Both the position numbers and the translations under genes were made by a program. A DNA stretch of 64,000 nt from Spironucleus salmonicida (lineage: Eukaryota), in assembly GCF_000497125.1 (NCBI RefSeq), contig NC_090600.1:124001-188000 (forward strand). The letters run 5' to 3'. Below are positions 13,415 through 26,127 of this stretch, piece by piece (positions within the stretch are counted from its first letter, which is position 1; every line of letters starts with the position of its first letter). The notes beneath the pieces were generated by a model that did not search any database, was not told the DNA's origin, and was given only the letters and a program-made list of their open reading frames with translations.

Positions 13415-14284
13415 TCATTTCAGGAGATTTATTTTCGCTTTTCCTATAAAATAGTAGGCTAAACTACCTCCTACTACAGCGCAAAGAGCTAAAATTCCTA
13501 TTACGATTCCAACGATCGCACCACTGCTAATTTTATTATCATTTATCTGCTGCGAAATATAACAATAGGCCCCTATTTGCTCATATCCTGTTTTACAAAA
13601 TAAGCAGTCTCCATCTTTAGTTTAGTCAAAATTATGAAAGCAGGTAGCACATCCGCTATTATCTGCATTACAGGATGCACAATTCTTCCTACCCTCACAG
13701 TAACAGGCAGATGTGAGTCCATCAGAGCACAATATGTTGTTTCCATCTTTACAATACTTTCCATTTACATTTTATAAACAATATTTCTCACAGGTACCAT
13801 TAATTGAATTTAAATTATATTATCTAATGCATTTATAACAAAATATATTATCTGAACATATTTCACAATTTAACTCACATTTAACACATACCTTTTTACC
13901 TGCATCACAGTATCCATTTCCTGTATCTTAACAATCCTTATTGATATTACAGGGCAATTAACATTAATTGCTCTCTTCACTAAAAATGAACCCTTCCGCA
14001 CATTTTTAGCAAGTATCCAGCTAATCACAAAGCAAGCAATTAGAAGAACAACTTTCGCATTCATTTTTAATAAGAAAAGTTCCAGGAAGACATTTTATAC
14101 ACACACCATTTAAACATTGTTTACAATTTTGTACTTCATTTCGTCTGATGCAGTTGCATCCTTATCCTAGAATCATATCATCAGTGCACGGTTTACACTA
14201 TACTTAACGGTTAAGACGTTAAGGGCAAAAATAATTTACATTACAGTTTTAACCAGTATCTGAGCAGTAGCCAGATTCTGTCAT
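13415..14284 (-). CDS. cysteine-rich membrane protein (CRMP1/VSP-like), 289 aa
   Basis: MTESGYCSD...; many CxxC; C-terminal NKISSGAIVGIVIGILALCAVVGGSLAYYF TM segment plus short basic tail. Confidence 0.9.
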
Positions 14285-15181
14285 TTTTGAATTTATTATA
14301 GTTTTCTTAAAAAAATATTAGTTATTTTTGTGAAATTTGAAAAAATATTTTGTGGATTTGATTTATGAATAACAAATATATAATGATATAATTACACTTT
14401 ATCTAATAATTAAGTATATGCAAAATATCTATTCTGATGCTAGTATCTTAAAACTAGTTTTTCATATATATTTATTTGAACTGAAAATAATATATATTCG
14501 TGAAATTTTACCCTATAAACGTTAATACATCTATTTATAGTAATTTATTATCCATTCCACTTATACTGAATATATATTATTATACTATATTTGAAAATCT
14601 AGTATGTAAACTAATAAGTAACTAGATCAATAAATTCCAGAGTATTAATCATTAAATTACCTTATAATATTTTAAAATCTTCCGCCAAAAATATGTTGTA
14701 CATACTGTTTTTATTAATAATTTTTTTTAAATCACTTTTAAATATATTTTAACATCTATAGTAAGGTCTCTTAAAATTAAATGATTAGATTGATATAATA
14801 ATATGAATGTCTATAACACAAATTAGCCATCTTATTATGATAAAGTGATAATAAACGTAATTATTTAAGTTTATAATTGTTAAATTTAATAAATCAATAT
14901 TAATAATTAAAGTATTTACGTAATAATTTATAATTATTTTTTATTATTTATGTTTATTCTACTATTAAATTTTTATTAAAGACTTATGTTATATAATAAA
15001 ATTAAAAAATTTACTTTTCCTATATATTTAATAGTATTTAAAATATTTACTTTTATAGCTTTTGAAAATAAAAATGATAAACATAACTAAAAGATGCAGA
15101 TTATTAATTTATTTTTAATAATATTTATGAAAAATTGTTATTTTAATTTTAATATCCTATAATATATCATGAAATTTAATA

Positions 15182-15569
<388 letters not shown>

Positions 15570-15774
15570 ATTAATAAATAAATAAATATTTTTAAGTTTC
15601 AACTATTTAGCACTAAGTGAATACTATTATAACTATTTATTAAGTAATACTCTATACATTTATAAATTTATCATAATAGCATATGAAATAAGATTCTTAA
15701 ATTTAGGACATATTTTTTAAAAGCTGATAACTAGCCTAAGTATTATTATTTTTTTTCAAAACGAAACTTCATAA

Positions 15775-18255
15775 ATGACATGCCCCTCGGGATAATCGTC
15801 TATTGGAAACAATTGTTACTCTAATGAATGCATCATAGGTAATATTATTTGTGGAGGGCATGGTGAATGTTTAAATGAAAGTAATTCATGTCGTTGCTAA
15901 CATAACTTTGTCGGTCCTTAGTGCACTGACTGCTCAGAGGGGATGGTTATGGTAAATAATAAAACTGAGTGTGCCAACGTATCTTGTGTTATAAAAGACA
16001 CTATTTGCAGTGCAAAAGGCACTTGTGATGGCACCGGAAACAATAAATGTACCTGTTAGACTGACTACTCTGGAAAATTCTGTTAATGTGCACCAGGATA
16101 AAAATAGATAAGCGAAACAAGTACGGAATGTGCAGATGATCTATGCACCTCTCCCAAGGGAGAGTGTTTTGGTCGTGCTAACTGCATACTTAAAAACGAT
16201 GTTTATAAAAAGTAATTCGTCTGCAATGGTTGCGGAGAATTTTTAGGAAATGATCCCGAAAAAGGTTGTACAGGATGTCTACGAGGCTATGGCTACATTT
16301 CCCCGGAATCAGAGTACATTTGTGTGGATGATTTTTGCAGAACCGGTACTACAGAGTGCAACGGGCATGGAAAATGCAGCAAATCTGGTATTTGCAATTG
16401 TAAAGATAACTTTGACTCATTTTCTGTATGCTTATTATGCAAATCAGGGTTTTAAATGGTAGGTGATCAATGTGTTGAAGATTTCTGTACCACAGGCAAA
16501 ACGCAATGCAATGCTCGCGGTACATGTAACCAAGCAACATTATAGTGCAATTGTAGCCCGACGTTTGCCGGAAAATCCTGCGAACTCTGTTCAACCGGCT
16601 TAGTATTTGTTAAAAACAATACCTAGTGCATAAGTTAGGAATGTGTTTTAAACGGAAAAATTTGCAGCGAAAATGGTACCTGTTCTAGTGCGAATAAATG
16701 CATATGCTCGGGAAATGTTTCTGGAAAATACTGTTAGTGCCAGCCAGGCTTCAAGCAAATTAGTAATTCTAGCGCAGAATGTGCTGAATATCTGTGTGGT
16801 GCTTCTGATAATGTATGTTTCGGGCGTTCCACCTGCAAATTACAAGCTGATGTATTTAAGAAAGAATTTGTTTGTGATGGTTGCGGAAAATTTACTGGAA
16901 ATGATCCAAGATAAGGATGCAGTGGTTGCCTCAAAGGCTATCAAATTATCAAGCCATTTGAAGATAAAGTTTGCGTGGACGAATATTGTATCACTGGGGA
17001 TACTGTTTGTTACGGCCACGGAGAATGCAACCGCTCTGGCTTTTGCTCATGTTCAGATAACTTTGACTCCTCGTATAGTTGTTTTTAATGTAAATCAGGG
17101 TATAAACTCATTAATGAACTTTGCCTGTAAGATTTCTGTACAACTGGTAAGACATAGTGTAGCGGGCATGGAATTTGCGATTCTGAAACTCTATAATGCA
17201 GATGTCATTCAAGTTTTTCTGGTAATTCATGTGAAGATTGCGAGGATGGTATGATATTCATTAAGAATAAAACGGAATGCGCGTAACCTAACTGCATTAT
17301 TAATGATACTATATGTAATAATAATGGAATCTGTGTAGGACAATACTATATAAGGTGCTAATGCTAAAATGATACCAGTGGTGATTTCTGTCAATGTCCT
17401 AAGGGCTATTCACAACTTTAGTTTGGTTAACTTTAATGCGGGCTAGATCTTTGTATAACTTCGCAAGAATCATGCTTAGGGCGTGGTAGATGCACACTTA
17501 TAGGCAATGAATTAGTTTGTGATTCTTGTGGAAGTTATAAATTCAATGATCCAAGAAAAGGTTGTGAAGAATGTCTTCCTGGGTCAATTTATTTTGGTTC
17601 TTTAAGAGCTAAAGACTGCAGACCAGAAAAATGTATAACTGGCGACACGATATGTAACTATAAAGGAGTTTGCCAAAGCTCTGGAATCTGCAAATGTACC
17701 GATGACAATGCGGACCCCAATACAGGCTGCAAGTCCTGCCTGGCCAATTATCAGATGTTAAACAACGAATGTATAAACAAAAACTGTATCTATAACAATA
17801 CTGAGTGCGCAGATAAGGGAAAGTGTGAAAACGGAAACTGCGTGTGCCAAACCCATTTAATAGACAACAATACTAAGTGTAGCACATGTAGTTCAGAGAA
17901 TGCACTGATAAACGAATTTTGCACGGTATGTAAACCTGGGTTTGAACTTATTCGTGAATAGTGCGTTATGGCAAAATGTGGAGAAGGATAATTTTTCAAC
18001 TTTGAGATCTTAAGCTGTGAGGAAATTGAATAAAAATAATCGGGCTCCGATAGTGGTTTGGTTGCAGGTATCGTTGTCCTAGCGTTGGTACTAGTAGGAT
18101 TCATCATATTATCAGTATTTTTAATTATCAAGAAAAAGGGAGTCAATACTAGGAGAGATTCTATCGTTATGCCTACCAGAATATAAGAAATTACGCGTTA
18201 ATAGACAAATAGTTCTCAGGGGTTAATAAATGAAGTTCCTTAATATGAGAAGTGA
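15775..18255 (+). CDS. large EGF/CxC-repeat cysteine-rich membrane protein (CRMP2/HCMP-like), 826 aa
   Basis: MTCPSG...; repeated C.G.G.C...C.C....G..C modules in ~219-aa tandem units; TM segment GLVAGIVVLALVLVGFIILSVFLII followed by KKK; ends AAG TGA. Confidence 0.92.
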
Positions 18256-20796
18256 TGGATAATTAGTTTTATTAATTTACAATAAATTATTATAAACTAC
18301 TATATTAGCTTAATTTTACCTTATAATAAATATAATAATCGTGACTTTTCTTCATTAATAGTAACTTTTAGGTAATTATTTATCAAGCTTGTGTTGTAAA
18401 GAAAATTTCTGTGCTATGATGCTTTTGCCTGCCGTTTTTCATATAAAGTAATGTTAATACACTAAATTGTATTTACTTAAACTGTTATTTGTTCAAATAA
18501 ATTAAAATATTAGCCAAAATGTATATATTTTTATTACCCACATTGTTAAAATAATATTAGCCAAGAATATAATCATTTTTTAGCTCTATGAATATATCAG
18601 AAAATTATTTCATAAAATAGTGCATAAATCATTCTCGCAATACTCGAGAAACATAAGTATGCAGTATTGAATACGTTTTAATTATTTATTCTTAATAATT
18701 TTATCTTGATATATAATATATGATTCGACCCTATTAAGAATCGTTTAACATTTTGTTTATTACACAATGTAAACTTACAATATTTTAATAATAAAGTATC
18801 ATATTTACAATAAAACTATCATATTTAGTTTCTAATATATAAATAGTATATAATCTTTAACAAGTATTATTGCTCTTAGAAGTTCTTAAGTTTTTATAAC
18901 TATAATTATAGAAATTACTATTATATCTAATAATAATATTAATGTAACTGGTTTTTAACTAATAAATCCCGTATCTAAGTTTTTATTAAGAATTATACTA
19001 ATATTTTAAGTAGTAAATATTTATTCTTAAATCCATCAATCCACTAAATATATTTACTATAGATATCCATTTTACATATTAAATATAACTAGTATTTCCC
19101 CTCTGATCTTGTTTATAAGAAGCAAAATTAATTTTATAGCTCAATTTCCATGTAGAAGTAATAACTTAAGCACACTATTTAACACAAGTCAAAGTAATTA
19201 TGGTAGCTAAATCATAAACTTGAACGTATTACCAAAAAGTTGACGATTAACATATGTTGATATTAGTATTAGATACTATACATCTATAAAATGCTGTGCC
19301 CCAGTATACTTTCTCTGCTATTTAATAATTTAAGTAGACTAAAAAAGTAAATATGCATAATATCTTATGTTTGTCTTTAATAAAGCTATCTGACGATTAA
19401 AAATAGTTACTGTTATTAGCAAAATTTCTGCAGCCAATCGGGTACAAGTAAAAGTATCTATAAGAATATAAAAATCAAGCATACGTTTATGATATATTGT
19501 AGGAATATATTAGTAATCCTTTAATCTAGTTTGTTATAGTTATAATAGCATTTGGTGTTAAGACTCTTATGTGAAGTATACAGCAAATATATTGTCTAAT
19601 CTGAATTATTAGTATAACTGTAGTTTCCGATTTTACACCTAACTTCTTTTATTGATCAAGTGATAACTGAGTTTTTTAAAGGCAATCTAGTATTTTTATT
19701 GTCTCATCATTATAAATGAATAAGATTTATTACTAATTAGCGTCAATATTACATCTAAAATTATTAATGGTTATATATTATATTATAATAAATTTATATT
19801 AAATTAAGATAATAACGATATTATACCTAAAATTTCAATAACTATGTAAAAATTAAAAAATGGATAGTTAAACGTAAAGGTAGAAATAATACAAAATTAT
19901 AGTTTCAGTATTATCTGTATGGGGAAATAAATATTATAAAACTTATAAATATAACTAGGATTTTTGATCTAAAATAATTTATTGCACATTAGTATGTTTG
20001 TTTGTCTACGTTAATTTCCATTAAAATTTAAATATTGTATTATGTATAAACAATTTTTATAAAAAATATCTACAATTAATACTGAGGTTATTAATATTGT
20101 AAAAACTATATTTAAAATACAATCAGAATAATGATATGTTACCTTTAATTTTCTAATTGAACTAGCAGTTATACTGGTATTTAATTAATGTATTTTAATC
20201 ATTTATACTTACTAGTTATACTACAAGAAGAAACTATAATAAGATCTAAAATATGTCAATAAACGTATTAGAGTAATTATAATATCATATGTTAAGCAAT
20301 TTTATCAGAATTTCAAGTATAAATTAAAATAAATAATTATCTTTACATTTTTTACATAAGATAATGATTTCAATACTAAAATATTTATTGTACAAGTTAA
20401 CTTAATTTAGATTAGAAGCATATTTCTGAAAATTAATATTCTTATTAGTCATTCAACATAAACAATAAGAACATTAATACTTATCTGTTAATTTATGTTT
20501 ATCAATTTAAAGCATCATAGCATTGCGGGTTAATCTTATAATGTGGAATACTAAGTGTTAAGAATAAAATTGATGTTACTATTATTCTAGCTTTTATATT
20601 AAATTAATAAATTATTTTCCCTAAAAACTAACTATTCGATTGCCCTTAAGCGCTTAAAATAAATAAACTTTTATAATAATGAATCATAAATAACCATATG
20701 CTGTGTTCAGCCTTAAATAATGGAAGTGATCTTATCTTATTTACCATACCAAACACCAATTCTTATGAAATTTTTAAATTATTATACTTTTCAACC

Positions 20797-21675
20797 TCAT
20801 TACGCCTCACTCACTAACAGTTTTTTTGCTCTTCTAACCAAATAATAAGCAACTCCGCATCCAACTACCCCTACTACTGCGACTATTCCAATAACAATTC
20901 CAGCAATTGCACCACTACCAATTTTGTTGCTTTCCACTTCTTCAAGTTTCCAGCACAAATCGCCCAATTTTTCATATCCATTAGAACAAGTTTGACATTG
21001 GTCAGTGAGATTCTTTTCTATACCTGGCAGGCAGGTAGCACATTTTTTATTATCAACTGTACAAGTAGCACAATTCAAACTCCCGCCGCACTTACATGCA
21101 GAGTCTATTCCTTCACCGCAGATCGTCGCAACACCTTTTTTGCAGTATTATCCATCCTAAAGATTGTCGCATTTCGGCGTACAGAGACCGCCCAAAGTGG
21201 TTGTTTTATTCATAGAATCACAGGCGTTGCATATTTCCACTGAAGAACACAGTTAGCAGCCGGGTGGACACGCCGAACATGACTTTGTTTAACCGTTACA
21301 GATACGATAATTTATATCTTAGCAGTCTTTGTTAGACTCGCAACTCATCTCGCACTATTATGTTAATGCATTAAGCACATAGTTGTCGGCACACTATATG
21401 CAAGATTATTCCTAAAAACAGTGAATGCAACCTTTTGGGCACAGCTTGCACCGTGAATCTGAGTAGTAAGAACCCTTTAGGCATCTTGCGCAGGTGCCTC
21501 CATTGCATTCTTTGCAGTTTACGTTTACTTACCCAGCTTTACAGTAGCATCCCTGGCCTAGAATAATATTATCAGTGCACGGTAAACATGGGACTTGATT
21601 AGAATCTAGTGCAGGGCAGAATTGGTCAATGTTACAAGTAGGTTTATCTTTGGAACATGTTTGCACAGCAGCCAT
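20797..21675 (-). CDS. cysteine-rich membrane protein (CRMP1/VSP-like), 292 aa
   Basis: MAAVQTCSKDKPTC...; CxxC repeats; NKIGSGAIAGIVIGIVAVVGVVGCGVAYYLV-RRAKK tail; TAA (Gln) then TGA. Confidence 0.92.
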
Positions 21676-22859
21676 TTTTAGATGAAATATGATAATCGAT
21701 GATATTAAAGCAATTCTTTCTTTAAGTATTGTGTGCAGTTTTTTAATATGGAAACTAGCTTTGGTGGCTAATATGATAATTTTGTTATTAGAAAAAATAA
21801 TATAATCAAAAGTTTAAGACAAAAATAGAATATTACTATTTAATTAATGCATAATTTAATATAATTTATAATTTTGATAACCTATTATATAATAATGTAT
21901 AAGTTAACCAGAATACAAATGAGTTCGACAGCATGCTCATTTGGGCAGCAGTCTTAGCTATTTAAACCCTAAAAATAATAGTGCACTATAAGTCTCAGTG
22001 TCATAAACATGCACAGCTTATTTTATATAAAGTTGCATCATACCAGTTCCTCTTTCTATAAGCAAATAAGTTATCGATCGATTTAATGATAACCTTATAT
22101 TTATGGTGTCATAAATATCATTACTATTCCACAAAAGCTATGCTTTATTTAACGTTAGTAGATTGCCAAAATATTCATATGATGAAATGTTTAAAAATAA
22201 AGAGGTAGCATACTTGCAAGTTTTAAGGAACTAATTATTCATATTCCTCAAATTTACTAATATAATATATTAATCTTTATGTTATTGAAGCTACTCTAAT
22301 ATGATTTTATTCTATAGTCCTAATTTACTTTATTTAATTCAATCACTATTACTAAAGTAGTATAGTTACAATTGTCAATATGAAGGGTTTATTAACATTT
22401 TGAAGCATATGTCACAAATTACCAAGTTAACTTAATAATATTAATGAAATATAGTTATTAATATAATTAAAAATAAATTAATATAAGACTATGTATATCA
22501 TTGTTAGTTCAATTATTAAGAATACAAATATAATTATAATTGACATAATAATATTACATATATAAATCAAAATTAATGTATAAATACATTGAAACAATTC
22601 ATATATCCCGAAAAACATCTTAAATTTATAATTAAGTACCGTATACAGTCTTATACTATCAAATCTAGATTTTATCAATAATAATTATATGGTATATATA
22701 GTGTTATAATGTAACTATGACGATTCTATAGTAAATTGCATACTCGGTTATAACTTGATAATAACAGGATATATCTTAAAAAATATTCTAGTTTTTCTTA
22801 AAATATATAATCAATATTTATATTATTTATTAGGATAATTAATTATATTTTTTACAAGA

Positions 22860-23306
22860 ATGTCAGGTGGTGGTAAGTGTAGAAACACTTTTAACTAATG
22901 CAAAGCGGATTACTTTTGTCCAGATTTTGAAACTACATCGACAGTGGATTGTGTCCCTTGTGCAGAGATCACTCCAGCCCACAAAGGTTGCAACTGTGTA
23001 AATAGTGTGATATCTTAAAATTGTAAATCTTGCGTAAACTAGGTGTGTGCCTCATGTTTGGATGGGTTTAACTTCGTATCGGAATCAAACACTTGCGTGA
23101 AAAGTGGAGACCCCAATCCTCCTCCTGTTCCTCCCCCAGGACCAGTCGATCCTTCAGATCCAGGTACCACAGAAGAATCAAACAAGCTCAGTGGTGGCGC
23201 TATAGCTGGTATAATCGTAAGTGTTATAGCCGTTGGTGGGGCTGTGGGTGGCGGTTTAGCTTACTACTTTATTAGAAAGTCTAAGCTTGCAATAGCTAGA
23301 TAGTGA
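22860..23306 (+). CDS. short CRMP1-type membrane protein with Pro-rich stalk, 148 aa
   Basis: MSGGGKCRN...; short Cys-rich head, [20 protein letters not shown] linker, [14 protein letters not shown] segment, YYFIRKSK tail; TAG TGA. Confidence 0.88.
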
Positions 23307-24324
23307 TCAATCAATTATTAAGTCATATTAATAACGCAAACATACACTATTACAATAATGTTATTCATATGTTATTGTGACTTTCACTACTTTAAATGAA
23401 ATATTTACATTATTTACAATTTTAGCACCTAGTCAAAATATTATCAGTACATTTTAAGACTGGTAGATAACTTATTAATATCTAAGCAAATAAAATTTAA
23501 ATATAATATTAAACTGATATCCTTTAATATTAAATGATTAAATTAAGTATTTTTATGTACTTTACAAATACATGCTTGGAAGATGCGATATGTCACTTAG
23601 TAAATGTTAAATTCTGTAAACTTTTAATGCAACGTACAGATAATCAGGATAATATAAGTAATTGGTTGGATTAGCATAAATACTTAATCGCAGCAATCAT
23701 TTGAATATTATTTGCCAAATATAAAGCATAGTTAAATACAAAATTAAATATAAATAGCGATAATATTATATTAGCTTATATTTTGTATAAATATAATAAT
23801 ATGTTCAAAATATTAACAAATTAATTATAAAACGAAAATTAGGCTAATATTAGTCGAAGATATATTAATTACATATGTTTAACTACAATACTAATACTTA
23901 AACAATTTATAATATTACAGAATCTATGCAAGAAGAATAAAATTAGCTAAATTTTACTATCCCTTATAAATATATACCCAATGGTGGAATAGGATATTTA
24001 GCAAATCATGATCCTTGGAATATTTATTATTTTAATATCATGATAGGCAATTAGTATAAAACTTTAAGTAGAACTAAAAAATGTAATAAACGAATTTAAC
24101 TATAAATCTTACTTAACAAATATAAAATACCTTCAACTTTTATAAATACTTTAATTATTAAAAAGTTGATATTTTTTGGTAATTATCTATTTTATTTCAC
24201 TAATATAGATATTTATCATCCTAGAAAAAATTGTAACAAATGGCTTAATTTACAACCAAATCTTATATTACAACACTTTCTTTTAAAAATGCTATACTTA
24301 TTATTTCCGAAATTTCAGAAGATT

Positions 24325-24831
24325 TCACTCGCAAATTATAGCCTAAATAATTGAATTCACGTTCAAATTAGATTACCCACTTTGTTTTTCAGCATCAAAA
24401 ATATTTTATATGACACTATTTTTAATATTTAAACTGTCTGAGTTTCTAGAATTTGTTAATTCCTCAACCTCTAAGGAAAGTTCCTAAATGATCTAATTTT
24501 GTTCACATATTTTGCTGCTCTGGAGTGCAATTGTATCGATATATTATGTCGCCGCATACATGTTTTGGTCCAAAATATTTGTGTCAGCCTAAACTTTAAG
24601 TCTAAAATCATTATCTAACTGGTTTATTATTGCACATAAAGTATCTTTGAGAAACTAATTTTCCGTTTCCAGAGACGTTATGGATAGTTATTTTTTGACA
24701 TTTTCAGCTTTTAGTTCTTTTAGGTTATTTCTAAGGGCGACTTAATCGTTATAGTATTTTCTTAGGAGCACACTGGTTTCAACGGTGGTTAGTTAGGCTG
24801 TCTCGATTGATATGCTATGATTTTGATCCAT
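24325..24831 (-). CDS. coiled-coil hypothetical protein, 168 aa
   Basis: MDQNHSISIET...LKELKAENVKKQ...; ends GAG TGA. Confidence 0.7.
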
Positions 24832-24922
24832 CTTTATTAGTATGATTATTTATATAGAATATATGTTACAGTTAATAAAACTTATAAACAATAATTATTA
24901 TAATATAATAAAAATAATACAA

Positions 24923-25456
24923 ATGCAACGAAAATTAACTCTGTTGCTAGTTGAAGCAGGATGCTAGCCTGTACCCCCTGTATTTGCAGAGGAAATTAAT
25001 CTTGCAAATTTTCGTCTTACTGATATAAGTTATATCTAAAATTTCCCTCAACTCAAGCATGTAATACTTTGGCATAACAATCTCGTTTCTCTGGATCCTC
25101 TCAGGTGCCTTAAAAACCTAGAAAAACTCTGGATGGGATCCTGCCAAATTTAATTCAGTTAAGATTTTTCGTTTCTTTAAAATTTTCCACTACTTTTTGA
25201 TCTAGAAGCTTCAAGTCTATGGATTTCTCAAACAATTTCCATATCTAAAAGTGCACCTAACCTTGTGAAGTTAACTCTAGAAAACAATAACTTTGACGTT
25301 TTTGCAGCTCTAATTCCTTTAAAAAAATTAGAAAAACTGCGATTTTTGAGCTTGAAATTGAATAAAATTTGTAGTAAATTGGGTTACCGTGAGAAGGTTT
25401 AGGGAATTTTAGGATAAATTCTCGTCCTTGATGATATTGGAATTGATATAATGTGA
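24923..25456 (+). CDS. leucine-rich repeat protein (SDS22-like with LRR cap), 177 aa
   Basis: FPQLKHVILWHNNLVSLDPLRCLKNLEKL, LVKLTLENNN, LRFLSLKLNKIC..YREKV...LVLD. Confidence 0.85.
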
Positions 25457-25617
25457 AAAATATGAATAAATATTTTAATATTGAGAATTATACAGTTAGA
25501 ATCACAAAGTGTTTAATTTTTATAATTTTAGTGTATAGTTTTATTTTATATTATTATTCATTATAAAACTAGTTTTATTTAGTTTATTCCTCTACATTAT
25601 TATCGTAAACAATCAAA

Positions 25618-26013
25618 ATGTGTTTTTCTAGTGTTGCAATGATAATTTCACTGTTTGGTCATTTTTACTATATTTCATCTCCTTTCAACCAATGTTTAAG
25701 TTATATGTCATAAAATTCTGTTAATGTTTCCATTCTCAATTAAAATTTTGAGTTCAAATTTACTGGGAAAATAGTCAACTAGCTAGACGTAGGACCAGAA
25801 TTTGTTTAATAAAGTAGATGGAAGCTATTTAGTTCAGGTTTCGTTAAATTTAATGAAAAGATGTATGTTGATTAATTTGTAGTATTTTTTACTGGAACTA
25901 TGCAGTTTGTTGCTAGTCTGATTTTGATTTTAATGTTTGTGGTACTTCTCGGATGCTGGATTGAATAACGAAATTTCAAACTAGAAGTATCAGAATTAAT
26001 GGAATACAAATGA
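25618..26013 (+). CDS. hypothetical membrane protein, 131 aa
   Basis: Open frame with C-terminal hydrophobic FVASLILILMFVVLLGCW. Confidence 0.6.
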
Positions 26014-26127
26014 AAATATTTAATTTTAAATTGGTTTTACAGTATAACTCTGTTAGTTTAAGAGTATTTCAACTGCTATATCTATAATTATAACACTTTA
26101 ATATTTATAAAACAATAATATAAGCCT

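Noticed and set aside
16673-17254. 193-aa track ORF and its mirror at 48173-48754
   Set aside because: Off-frame shadow of the CRMP2 gene; the Cys-periodic frame is the real one.
19189-19710. 173-codon minus-strand frame in table 6 within the CRMP spacer
   Set aside because: No recognisable motifs; the right-arm copy has TGA at codon 5; such lengths are plausible by chance with a single stop codon.
21916-21943. 8-bp hairpin CAAATGAG...CTCATTTG containing GAGTTCGA (B-box-like)
   Set aside because: No cloverleaf or A-box could be built; insufficient for a tRNA or ncRNA call.
22478-22678. Duplicated 66-aa hydrophobic ORF (also 42733-42933)
   Set aside because: TTG start in AT-rich spacer; its conservation is explained by the duplication.
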